Assembly (NCBI GenBank): GCA_003427395.1 | Contig: BFEA01000011.1 | Span: 5,528,336 to 5,592,335, forward strand | Source: Chara braunii | Taxonomy: Eukaryota; Plantae; Charophyceae | Length of the DNA stretch: 64,000 nucleotides | Direction: 5' to 3' | In this document: positions 12,466 to 24,360 of the stretch, piece by piece | How positions within the stretch are numbered: the stretch's first letter is position 1 | Layout: each line of letters begins with the position of its first letter | Made by a program: the position numbers and the translations under genes | The notes under the pieces: model-generated | The model's input: only the letters and a program-made list of their open reading frames with translations | What the model was told of the DNA's origin: nothing | The model's database searches: none

Positions 12466-15400
12466 GCCAGTACAGTAAAAGGCGAGCCAGCTTGGATCTG
12501 TGACGCGTAACCATTGCTGACGGTTGGGTGGCCTCACGATTGTGCAGGGAGGCTGCAGGTCTTGAACCTGCGACCTGTGCAACCCAATAGAGTGAAGAGG
12601 AGGAGTTGTGACCTCCGAAGAAGTCAAAGGCCGTGGTGCTCTCGCCAGGTCAAAGAACTTCGCCCATCTGCAAGTCACAGGTCGGGGTGACGAAGAGGAC
12701 TGAGAATGTGCCCGTGGCCCTGAACTGTTGTACTACAGACTCGAGCTTGAATCCCCCAGGAAGCTAATGAGTAAAACACTATCCCACTTCATTACCAATG
12801 GGCTTAGCTAAGTTGGTACATCCATGAACTATTGAAGTACAGACCCGAGCTCAAACCCATATGTAATATGACCATCAATTGCCTGTAATCAGACTATTTG
12901 AAATCAATATCCTACAGCATTGTCATGACATCCTTATCACGTGCAGGGCTTAGTACTAATGCTAACGTTATCAGCCCCCAGGACGCGAGTGACTAACATA
13001 AGAGATGAGGTAAGCCACCTCAACCATTTTTCCCTCATTTATTTTTCTCTTCTTACCTATTTTTCCCACTTATTTTATTTTCTCTCTCATTCTGCTCATG
13101 ACATTTTCAATATGAATCTACCCTCAAATAGGGGTAAGTTCAGCTAGGGATTGAACTGTTTTCATTGGTTGTCGGTGATCACCCTTTTTGGGCAGGTCAA
13201 AAGTCAACGCAGACGGTCGGAGGAGCGGCACGATTGACCGCACCAGCTAGCCGACACAGGCTATAAGGGGGTCGGTTGCAACTTGAACTTCTCTTCTAGA
13301 AGTTGGGGGGGATGGCGAAGCCTTGTGCGATTGAAGAAAGAAGCACGAGCTTGGATGGTATCGGAGACGAGCTCGGATGCAAGCGGACGGTATAGGCGAC
13401 AAGTTGCGTGTGATGCGTCGCAATCGAAGGGAGTGACGGCGGGGGGATAAAGAATAAGAAAGTAGAACAGATAAGGGATTGAGAAGAAGAGAGAGATGAG
13501 AGGTGACGGAGGTACGAGGAGAGAGAGGTAAGGGGTAGAAGCAGGTGAGGAAAAGAGAGGATGTCGACGGTGTATCTTCCCATGATCTAGTGGAAAATTC
13601 GTTCTCATTTTGCACATTCGGTGAGCAAAGGAGTGAGGCCCTTGACCACCTTTATTCGTTCTCTGTCGTTGTCGTTCTCCTCGACGGTCGGGGTGGCTCC
13701 ACATCAGGAACGTAAGACTAATCAAACCGCTTAGTAGTTGTTTCCCTTCGAATCTGCCCCGTTTGTGGTCGATGTTCTCTTCCCCCCCCCTCGCTAGTGC
13801 TGTCACTTTCCCCCGATCACGATTTGTGTGTCCCTTCCCTTCTTAGTCATTCTCCCTCCATGGATCACGATTGCCTATGCCCTTTTTCGCTCGGTTGATC
13901 ATCTATGACAGTTCTTTTTGCTTTACTGTATTTTCCTTCCATGTGGTTTAAATCTTCTTAGTCAGGCCATGGTTACTGGCCAAGTGCATTCCGTTCCTAG
14001 TCGTGAATGGGCCTAGGTACACGTGGGATGACATACAATGCAACCCTTAGGAAAGAGGGTAAGCAATGAAGAAAGGAAAGAGTGGGAAGAGACAGGGAGG
14101 AGACAAAGGGTTGAAAACGAACGGGAAGAAGAAAAGAGGAAAGTCGACGAAAGGGATAAAGGAAGAGAGTATAACGAGGAAGGTGGGAGAAGGCGAAGAG
14201 GTTTTGCCTATTTGTCGGGATGTTTATAGTCGTTTTTTGTTTTCTTATTATCAATTAGTTTTTTGCTTTTCTACTCATTGGTTAATCTGGCCCTGATTGC
14301 GGCCAGATTCATTGCAGCAAGAATCCTCTTTCCCGCCTTGTGACCGTAATATTATCCCTCGTTGGTAGTATCGAGGACGTGGTGCTACATGCACATTCGA
14401 TATACACGTACACACAGGGATGGGAGAAGAAGAGAAAGGTAGAGCACATGTCGAGTTGTCCAACAAAACTGGTGAGGCGGGATGAACCGATAATCAAATT
14501 ACGGGACTGAGCTATGATCAATCAAGATTGCAGCAGGCGGTACATTCTTCCCTCTTCTAGCGAAAGATGCATTCAAGGGTGGCCAGATGCAGTGAGGAGA
14601 ACACAAGAGTCAACAAGTGAATGGAAAGGGAGGAGTGAACTCGTGAGTGAAGGAGGTTGAGATGTGAGGTAAATAAGAGGCGAAAGATTACGGTGAGGTA
14701 CGAAGAATGAAACAAATCTAGGAGAGAGACACATATTTGGTACTCTTATAGAGGAAGATTCATCCGCACTTGGTGCCTCTGGTAAAAGTGCTAAGAAAAG
14801 GAGCAAAGGGCTATGTGCATTGTTGCAGTCTGGGTGATCGATTCGATCGAAAAGCCGCAGGGTCGTGGTGATTATCGAAGCCCACCGTGAACGTCATGTT
14901 CACCATCATAGAGCTTACCTACAAAGTCATTATCGTGTTGTTCATGGTTGTCGCCCCGATCACTCTTCAGGTTCGTCGCGGTGTCATCATTCATGGGGGT
15001 CCTATCCTCCCTTATTTTCATGAAGGATTCATTCTCAATTGCTGCCAGAAGCTATTGCTGTCTTCCAAATTCGTTGTTGCCATTGCCTGAGTACCGATGC
15101 TAGCGGCGCTGCTCCAGTGGGTAAAATACTCTACCGATTAAGGAGTCGTTGCCTTGCACTTCAGTGCTGCTAAACCTGACTATTGTGCACAACTCCTTAG
15201 CACCACTGTATGTTGTTGTTGCACCGTGGCTGGCTACTGCGCACGGTTTCGGAACGCGCAGTTTCAATGAGTTACTACATTTTAACTGCATTTTGAATAA
15301 AGCATAGGTATGTGCTCTATTCGGGCACAACCTTTCTAAACTGCGTAGAAGCGGTTTGATCAGAAGGAGTGGCATCCCGACTCGAGGGTGTGGTCAGACC

Positions 15401-17852
15401 TTTGTAAGGGGGTTACTGCGGCGATTTAGAAGGTCGTCAGAGGGTGAACATTTTGCTCATTGGCTTCGATTTGATCGTGTTACTACGATTTTTTGCCACC
15501 ATTGCAGGACCCTCAGACGCGTCAAGGCAACAGGGCTCACTCTTATGAGTTGAGTCTGGCTCCTTCATGTATCTTGAGAGTCTGACTTTTCTTCCTCTGT
15601 CCTTCTTACTCTCAGTTTGATCTTTTATTCAATATGCAAAACGATAGGCGAAATTTGCAGCACGTAATCCGTGCCAAGGCCTCTGTGGGAGGTTTGTCTC
15701 ACCGATTGAGAGAGCTCTGTCGGAATCTAGGTCAGATTATGAACGCGAGAACTGTTAGGTATATCTTATTCTGCTTTGTGTGAACCCGCTATACCCCTGC
15801 CATTACCTCTCTCTAGCTTGTCTAAGAGATATGCATGTGTTCCCTTAAAATTTTATTTTCTTTTCAGATTTAACTCATATTAATTAAAAGTTATGCATGC
15901 ATGAATCTCAGTTTCTTTTTCTTTTAACTGAAATTAAACTAAAGGATGAACTGGAGGAAGACGGGACTCGGAGGAATGTAGTTTTGCTTGCGTTTATTAA
16001 ATCTCTATTGTTTAATTCACTTTCCTTTGCAACTAGACAATGTGGCTTTGATAAAGTCTAGTTGTTGTAAATATTTGTTGACTTGTTTTTTTTTGCAGCT
16101 AAACAATGTGGTTTCGGTCAGTCTTGACTGTTGTACTGTTTTGTCTTATTGACAGTCATTGCTTATTCTACTTGTAGCCAATTAGGTTATATTAATCCTT
16201 GACTTTCGCCCCGACAAGTACATTATATGTAATTCATGAATATATGAAGGTCACGAAGTGGGAGAGGCAGCATTCGAACCTACGTCGAAATATAGACAAT
16301 GTGGCTACGGTCGGGTCTGATTGTCATACCTTTGTAAGTTGTTATCTGTGCAGCCAGACAATATGGCTTCGGTTTCGCCTAACTGACTATGTTATATCGT
16401 TTTGTTCCTTACCCCAAACAGACAATGTGGCTTCGGTCAGGTCTGGTTGTCATTATTCAAGTGATTGATTTGTTGAGAGGGTTTAAGAGTTGGGTAATGT
16501 GGCTTCGGTCAGATCCAACTATTTGTTTCATTCCAAGGGGGATTTTGGTGAAGGGCTAAGCATTGTTTTTAAGCTGAATGGCTTAGCCTTAAGCCATACA
16601 CTAAGCAATTGAGTATAATTGGAAGTACTTTATCTATATTTGTATATGAACATGCAGTTGAACATTGTTTCCAAGCCGAATGGTTCAACTTAAGCCATAT
16701 CACTAAGAAGAGAGATAAAGTAAGAAGTATAATTGGAAGTAAATTGGGCAGGCAGAGCATTGTTTATAAGTGAAATGACTCAGTCCCCTTGCCATATTTT
16801 GAAGACAAGTCAGAGAGTTACTAAATTTGGGATATTTAAACAGTTCAAAACGATTATGTATCGTTTATAAGTTGAATGGTCTAGTCAAATGCCTAAAGAA
16901 CAGAGAAGTTGTTGTACAACATATTCGTCTGATAATTTAAGGCATGCTAGACATTGTTTTTAAGCTAAATGGTCTAGCGACATGTCATATGTAAGATAAG
17001 TAAAATAGATAATGATTTCGAGGATCAATTAATTATCTTGTGTGGAAACCATTTGGAATTATGATGATCGTACTTACCCATTGTGGTATGAACTTCCATG
17101 CGGTTGAGTGTAAGCTCTACTAAGTATGAGTTTTAGCTTTGATAGGTAGTTGTTTAGGATGTTCGCCGGGTGCTAGAGCTATAAGAGTCAGTTCAATTTC
17201 TGCATTTTCTATCTTAAGTTTATTTTTCATACTTGGTTTTATATAAATTTCGAAAGTCACTTTTGCTAAGGAAAGCGTTGCCCAAAGTTTAAGGAGTCAG
17301 TCAAATTTTTACTTGTCAAAATTCAACTTTTGTTTAAGTTTCATAAATGGTTTTAGTAAAAATCTGAGATTTTCATAAATGATTTTAGTAGAAATGTGAT
17401 AAGTTTTTTTTAATAGGGGAGGTGCTGCTCAAATTTATAATAAATCGGGAAGTTCGACAAAATTTGACTTTGTGAGGTCAAATTTAGTTGCAGAATTTAT
17501 ATTTATCTTTGTACAAATTTTAGAACGATATTTCTATAGAGGGAATGTTGTTAAATTTTTTACAAATATAAAGAGTTAGTAAATTTTATTTTGGTTGCTC
17601 AAGTTTTATTTCGAGTTCATATATCACTTTGTATAAATTTGAGAAGCTTAGTAGTCCTTTAGAGGAGATGCTGCCCAATTATTGCTAAATCAGAGAGTTA
17701 GACAAAATTGACTCTCTAGAGTTAAGCGTCGTTTTAGATTTCATATTCAGTCGATTGCTAGGCTGGGTCGCCCGTGTCACCCTATTTTCATAAACGGCCC
17801 GGTCGTACAAGACCCAGGGAAGGTCCTAGCAAAAAAAAAAATCAAAAAAATC

Positions 17853-18117
17853 CTAGGCTACCAGAGTGGCCCGGGTCCATTTGCCCGGCCGGGTCAAAAG
17901 GAAATTAAAAAAATACAAAAATAAAAAATATTTTTTTATTTACATTTTTACTTTAAATTTGGTAAAGAATTTAAATGTGATTCTGAGGCAAAAATTGTTC
18001 AGTTTCTCTTTCTGCATAACATAGTTTTTTTTCGAATATATTGAATTTTTTTTTATTTTTTTTTTTTGGGACCTTCCCTAGTCCTTGCATGGCCAACCCG
18101 CTCAGCTGGTAGCCTAG
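17853..18117. mobile_element. Inner MITE (same family, opposite orientation)
   Basis: Perfect TIRs CTAGGCTACCAG / CTGGTAGCCTAG, flanks AAAAAATC / AAAAAATT (7/8). An extra right TIR plus flank is repeated at 18147-18167. Confidence 0.85.
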
Positions 18118-18624
18118 AAAAAATTCGGTAAAGCAGGGCGTCCCGGCTGGTAGCCTAGAAAAAATTCAAAAAATAACTATGTTATGCAAAAAAATAAACT
18201 GAACAACTTTTGCCTCAGGGTAACATCGCACTTCTTTCCCGAATTTAAAATAAAAAATAAGCAATACATGACAAAGAAACATAACGAAATCCACACGAAG
18301 TGCAAATTACGTAGTAAAGAAAGTCATATGGCTTATTACAAAAGACAACAAGAAATACAGCGTCACCAATGTTCGCAAAAGCGTATGGCTGCGAATCTCC
18401 ACTTGTCAGCCCAGAGTTCGTCCCCCCCTTTTCGTTCCCCTCACCCTCATCCACCGATCAAACCGACAAACTGACGTACCCGCCGTCTTATCGATCATGC
18501 CGACCGAAGTCGAACAAGACCGAACCAACCCACTGTCGAAAAGGACAAAAGAAACGTGTTACTGAACTATATACTACTCATCATCCCGGAAATAGCTCTA
18601 GCCTTAACCTGCAAACCTCGAAAA

Positions 18625-21600
18625 CTAAGCTAAGTGCAGCAATGTAGCCGCCAAACCCCAAACCCCGTCATGTGGCTTCGCAAACGTATCGAGGACTTTC
18701 CCGAAAAAAGTGTCGGGAAAGTTCTTTACCCGAAATTCTCGCCGCGGCATGATCACCTGGACCGGAATCTGACCTCGATCCGTCGTATTGCGGTCCAAGC
18801 GGTGCAAAGCCCCCGTAACTGCCACGACCTTCTACCGGCGACTAGCCAAGGACTTGAAGTCATGTCCAGTCCGAATTGCCAGAAGTTTTTTGGTCCAAAT
18901 CGTACCCTCATTTCTTACCAACTGGACAGACCCAAAAAACGGAAAATACTGCCTAACTATCAAATGGCAACCCAGAAAGTTTCACCCCTCAGCCCCGTCA
19001 TCAGTCCGCTTGAGCGTAAGATTACGGGGGTAGCACACTTCGAAACCCCGTAGCAAACATTCATCCCTCTCCCGAGTTCGTTCATTGCCTTCCTTGTATG
19101 TGACAAAGATAGACACATCGTCGACCAGTCGGATGTCTGCGACCAACTTCCTGCTTGGGCCTAAAGAGTCCAAGTAACGTCACTCCGTGTATGCACACAT
19201 GATGCACACGAGTGGCGAACTTGTACTTTTTCCCATCGGGACTCCAATGACCTGTCGCAGGAGCAGCCCAGACGCCATCGTCACAGTATGCTGCAGGTCA
19301 AACGCAACAAAATCTCTGACTTCCTTCAAACTCACCGCCCACCACCAATCCTTTGTTTGCAGTCAAACACTGCACCCCTCCCTCTTTGATTCACCCTCAA
19401 CACCCTCCTCCCCTTACTCCAGTGCGCCTCAATAATCCAATCAACAGCATCCAAAATGTCAGCATGGGGTAAGCGACTAAACATATCCTTGACATCATAC
19501 GATGCAGCAAGAATACATGTATCGCTCCCTTTTCTCGCAAAAATCTTATTAATCTCATTCAATCTATCTGCCAGTCCAGAAACTGCCTGCAGATTGAAGT
19601 GACCATCTTTTCACATCTTCATCAAGAGCAAATTCAATGCTCGTGCGACTTTTTTGCTTGTCGCATTCATCGGCTCACTAAGGTAGGACAAATAGGACGA
19701 AATAGTTGCAGATCCTTGTGCTTCGGGATCACATAACTTTTTCCGACCGTTCCCGTCTGCTTCCATTTCCCCAACTGCCCCAAACCTATTTCACTTATTC
19801 CTCAAAACTCTTTTCCCAGAAAACTTTTTCCATACGACTTTCAAAACGAAAACCAACATTCCCAACGAACAAATCACGCATCCCATCATAATAAACCTGC
19901 GGGCACATCACACAGGTTTCACCCGGATTGCGATCAACTGGAGACAACACAAGCCCTTCATACTTACTCTTCACCTCAAGAACCTCATCAATGCACAGTT
20001 CTCCCTCCGCCTGTATCCTGTCATTCATACACAACTGCACCTCTCCGAAACTAACTTCCACGTTGGTCGACCTCCCCTGTTTCCAGCACGAGAAACCCTC
20101 TTCAATCTCCTTCTTCAAACTTCCCACCCTTCCTTTCTTCAGTCCTCTCGGGACGTTTTTTGCATTGGACAACATCTGGCTTACCCCCACGATATCACCA
20201 AGCCGACATCTGACATGCCCCTCCACGCNGGGCAAATCGTACNCTGCACAAGTACAGGCAGCAACCTCACGAGATGCAAAATCTCGATGGTTGTGCAACA
20301 AATTCCCCATAGTAGGATTTTTGGTCCAAATGATTATGGAATCACGCATCCCATCATAATAAACCTGCGGGCACATCACACAGGTTTCACCCGGATTGCG
20401 ATCAATTGGAGACAACACAAGCCCTTCATACTTACTCTTCACCTCAAGAACCTCATCAATGCATAATTCTCCCTCCACCTGTATCCTGTCATTCATACAC
20501 AACTGCACCTCTCCCAAACTAACTTCCACGTTGGTCGACCTCCCCTATTTCCAGCACGAGAAACCCTCTTCAATCTCCTTCTTCAAACTTCCCACCCTTC
20601 CTTTCTTCAGTCCTCTCGGGACGTTTTTTGCATTGGACAACATCTGGCTTACCCCCACGATATCACCAAGCCGATATCTGACATGCCCCTCCACGCGGGG
20701 CAAATCGTACCCTGCACAAGTACAGGCAACAACCTCACGAGACGCAAAATCTCGATGGTTGTGCAACAAATTTCCCATAGTAGGATTTTTGGTCCAACTG
20801 ATTATGGATTTCTGCTTGAGGATGTCGCTAGTGCACATTGGAAGCCCCAGGCTATCGATCTTCCTATCACACAAACGTTGTACTTCCACCAAATCGATCC
20901 TGTCATCAAATTTCAATTTAACAACTAACTTACTGTAAAGATTAATGCCCGATCTAGCTTTTATAACACCGTACAAAATTCTCCTCAGTAAGTTACGTGT
21001 CGACTTATGTGAAAATTCTTTCGCGGCTCCTATCAGATCCGTTAACAACTTAAGAAGAAAACGACATAAGTCTTTTCATCGTTCCGGGTACTTCAACAGA
21101 GCAAGCAACGCACCTTTCTGTCCTCTACACCCTTTCACCCATTTCTTAAGCTGCCACACCTTTCAGTCCCCCCCCTTGTTCTATCCTAGCCTTACAACTT
21201 CACAACTTCACGATTTTTCCTTCCAACAGCAATTCGGTATCTCCATACAGACGCCTGACTTTTTTCCAAGTCTCACCCCAACATTCCCCTTTCGTGCTTT
21301 TCAACGTAAAACACACATTTCCCGCTTTCAACAGTTTATCCAGCAATTTAATGATACTCACCGTCCTCCCCTCGTCATTATTGACAGAGAACATTATAAG
21401 CACATTAGATCCCCCATCTTTCTTGTCCGAAAACGCCTCCTTACCCCTCTCCTTCCGACCCTTCCTGGTTTTTCGGGATTCAGATCTAGTAGTCTTAGCC
21501 CCAAACACATTCAGAGATGGGAACCATCGGCGAATATAAAATTCTTTGATGGTCGTCAGTTCCTCCTCAGAAGCAAAGTGAATAGGAATCAAGACGTACT

Positions 21601-21955
21601 TCGAACTCTCAAACTTTCGCATCCAGCGATGAAAGTGCGCTGCACTATCCGATCCCTGATTACTCCTACCAAGGTGCTCCGCCCATCTGACGTTCCGCCG
21701 TCTCGCGGTACGCCCGATGTAGATCGCCTTGCATGACGGCGAAATGACCACATATACACATCCCCCCGACGACTCAAGAAACGAAGGATTCTCCTTACTC
21801 AGACTCACCCATCGTTCGACGAATTTCTTCCCCCATAGTACAGCTCCACACAACACAAGCCAAGCAACCACCAGACGGAGTGAGCCTTCTAGTTGTGCAC
21901 AGATACCAACGCGATTCGCTCTAAGACTCACAAGTTCCCGAAACTTGCACCACAA
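18625..21955 (-). pseudogene. Disrupted EN-RT ORF of the Penelope-like element
   Basis: GIY-YIG: GCVYVVISPSCKAIYIGRT..R..RWAEH...KEFYIRRWFPSLN. Linker: VACTCAGYDLPRVEGH. RT: SPVDRNPGE, SYDVKDMFSRLPH (motif A), RQVIGVPMGKSTSSPL (motif B), IRLVDDVSIF (motif C). Several TAA/TAG/TGA stops and frameshifts. Confidence 0.88.
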
Positions 21956-22323
21956 CGATTCCCGATGCTGTCCACTTCATTCAGTCGTCGAGTTGATTCC
22001 GACTCGCTTTCACTTGACATTTCACTCTCTTCCTTACCTTTGTCTTTCTCCTGTTCCGACTCATCACCCCCATGGTCGTACGCAAGCATCGCTCTCTTCT
22101 CAGCCAATGCGATCACTGCTTGCGGCTTGCGAACATAGGGTAAACCTTTGGCTTTGCACATCCGTTGAATGATCTTATAATCCATGTCATCAAGGTACAC
22201 TCTCGTGTCTTTCACAAACTTTGCCCTCGATCCTTTCCCAACTCCAGCACATGCACCTTTCTTGGATGGATCGGATTTCTTCCTCAGGCTTCTCATCGTA
22301 ACCGGTTTCAAGCTTGTCTTCAT
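21928..22323 (-). CDS. Short upstream ORF of the Penelope-like element (basic N-terminus, helical SAP/HeH-like segment, acidic tail)
   Basis: ATG lies 11 nt inside the element end: MKTSLKP...YLDDMDYKIIQRMCKAKGLPYVRKPQAVIALAEKR...ESEQEKDKGKEESEMSSESESE. The domain call is by eye only. Confidence 0.4.
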   Translation of the reverse strand: MKTSLKPVTMRSLRKKSDPSKKGACAGVGKGSRAKFVKDTRVYLDDMDYKIIQRMCKAKGLPYVRKPQAVIALAEKRAMLAYDHGGDESEQEKDKGKEESEMSSESESESTRRLNEVDSIGNRCGASFGNL

Positions 22324-23857
22324 CTTCTTATTTGTAAAAAATAAGGTTAAAAAATCATGTTTATTATTATTATTATTTTTTTTTTTTTTTGCCCGGGCGG
22401 GCAACTGGCCCCGGACCACTCTAGTAGAATAGGTCGATTGTAAATTTTGGAAAGGCACTTTCTCTAGAGGGAGTGTTGCTGAATTTTTTTTAGTTTTGAG
22501 GAGTTATATTATATTTTGATAGGAAAAATTTGGGCAATCTACCTTGTATAGGGGAAATGCTGCCAAAATTTTTCTTACTCTTACAGCACTCATTGAAAAA
22601 TAGACTTAAAATTAGTCTTAAGAGATTTTTGAGTAAGATATGATATGAGAGTTTGTTCTCCATACGCTTAAATTTTAGTCTTGGGAATTGACATATGTTG
22701 TGTTATAGGTCTCTTTTCGACCATTTTGACTCAAGTTCTGACTAGTTACAGTCGGATCCTACAATGATCCTTTACTGATATTTTTTTATAACAGGTCGGT
22801 TGCCTATTCGTTGGTTTACGACTCGGCTCTAACTCATTATCGCCACTTAACCTAAAGACCTTAACCACTAAGGGTTTAATTGTTTCTTTGGGTTTTACCC
22901 GAAGTTTTATTAAATGGCTATTTAAAGGACTAAGTGTTTTATTTTTGAAAGGTTGGAAAAAGGTTGTGGTTTGTGTGGATAAAGTAAGGGGTGTGGGTGC
23001 AGAGAGTGAATGAAGTTGACCCTGTGTAGTGCGTGGTTTGCTGATGTTGAATCTTTGGTGTGGTTGCAAATATGTTTTGTGAGTGGAAGTCTGGGGTTTG
23101 ACTTTGTCTACGATCATAAGTATATTTTGAAAGGAGTCATACTGTGATTGTTAATTCGCCACGCGTTCTATAATTTTTTTTTTGTATGTGTTGTATTTGC
23201 GCTAGCCGATATGAAGGAGTTTGCATCCTTGGGATATTTATTTGAGTCTCACGTGTAACGCTAAACTGTTTCTTGTGTTCGAAAAGTTATAGGTCGGATA
23301 CAAAAAGAGACTAGGCACGTTTTATATGAGACATATTTTTTTGGTGGTGTATCGTATGGTTAGATGGACTGTTTTAGTCAACTGACGCCCAGTCGCGCTT
23401 AAGACATTAGCCCGAGAGCGACGGTTCACGTACGGGTTCAATTAAGGCGTGCTACCTTGTGTATCCCGTACGCTACAACATATGAGAAATGTCATCGATT
23501 GGGCTACCTCTGCGATTGCAACTTAGTAGCTTTCGCAGGTGGTTCGGTAGCTCGGCAAGGATACGTCTGTCCAAGGGTGGTGACAACCCCTTGGACATAG
23601 GTAAGTTGTATTTCTCGTGGTCCTATCCTATCATAGTGGTTCACGAGAGGTATGGTTGACGTACTCGGCCAGAGCCGCAAAAGCTTCACCGTGAAGAAGT
23701 CATGCACAAATCCTATGTGATACGGCCAGGAGGGTCCCCTTGTAGGACCGGTGTGCTCGACGGCGCGCCCACACACACTCTATTTTTAGTCAAACTTTCG
23801 ATTGGCCTAAAGTTGATATTACCAGGACTCGAGAGGTGTACTCAAATTTTAAGTCAA

Positions 23858-23922
23858 CGCTTATTTTCTGTCACTTGCAAAAATCAGGGCGGATACTCTT
23901 GTAAGGGCATTCACACTGATAA
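23858..23922 (-). repeat. Short 5' fragment of the TGTCGG LTR
   Basis: Reverse complement TATCAGTGTGAATGCCCTTACAAGAGTATCCGCCCTGATTTTTGCAAGTGACAGAAAATAAG matches 4082-4143 and 11223-11285. Confidence 0.65.
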
Positions 23923-24107
23923 CGAGGGTGCACATATTTCTTTGTGTGTGTGTGCGTGTATGTATGTGTATGAGTTCTTATGTGTGGTGGGGGGGCAACC
24001 CCCCCAAAACAACCAATCGTTTTATATAAAAAATATACATATATTGATTGATTGATTGATGATTCATTGGGGTGGAGTTGTCCCCCCTCAACCCCCCTTC
24101 CCCCCCC

Positions 24108-24287
24108 NNNNNNNNNNNNNNNNNNNNNNNNNNNNNNNNNNNNNNNNNNNNNNNNNNNNNNNNNNNNNNNNNNNNNNNNNNNNNNNNNNNNNNNNNNNNN
24201 NNNNNNNNNNNNNNNNNNNNNNNNNNNNNNNNNNNNNNNNNNNNNNNNNNNNNNNNNNNNNNNNNNNNNNNNNNNNNNNNNNNNNNN
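24108..24287. other. Assembly gap (N run)
   Basis: Run of n. Confidence 1.
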
Positions 24288-24322
24288 ATTGATCCTGGAG
24301 GTCTGGGTGGTTGGTTGTGTAC

Positions 24323-24360
24323 CTGTCTCTTATACACATCTAGATGTGTATAAGAGACAG
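24323..24360. other. Nextera mate-pair junction adapter (technical artefact)
   Basis: Exact CTGTCTCTTATACACATCT+AGATGTGTATAAGAGACAG (two Tn5 mosaic ends). Confidence 0.99.

Larger units (their letters stand above)
18262..22334 (-). mobile_element. Penelope-like retroelement with N-terminal GIY-YIG endonuclease (Chlamys-type)
   Basis: 11-bp TSD TAAAAAATAAG (18251-18261 and 22335-22345). Domain order is GIY-YIG, CxC linker, RT, thumb. Confidence 0.88.
17758..22432. mobile_element. Outer MITE (CTAGGCTACCAG family) hosting two younger insertions
   Basis: Left end CTAGGCT, right end CTAGTAGAATAG (degenerate TIR), perfect 8-bp TSD GTCGATTG at 17750-17757 and 22433-22440. Confidence 0.85.
13260..23800 (+). 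mobile_element. Degenerate LTR-retrotransposon remnant split by the nested insertions at 17758-22432
   Basis: The ~120-bp subrepeats on the left (17230-17750) continue directly after the TSD at 22441. Homologous to 7300-9580. Tandem arrays at 16034-16990. Outer boundaries are approximate. Confidence 0.5.

Noticed and set aside
16034-16520. CRISPR array
   Set aside because: Repeats are degenerate and irregularly spaced, there are no cas genes, and the context is a eukaryotic retroelement.
18625-21955. Selenoprotein-type TGA readthrough, as in some Naiad PLEs
   Set aside because: Stops include TAA and TAG plus frameshifts, which indicates ordinary decay.
18634-22172. Long plus-strand ORFs (e.g. 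20945-21736, 20396-20938)
   Set aside because: They are antisense shadows of the Penelope-like ORF with no recognisable motifs.
24323-24360. Perfect 38-bp palindrome, possible regulatory or transposon end
   Set aside because: It is the Nextera mate-pair junction adapter.
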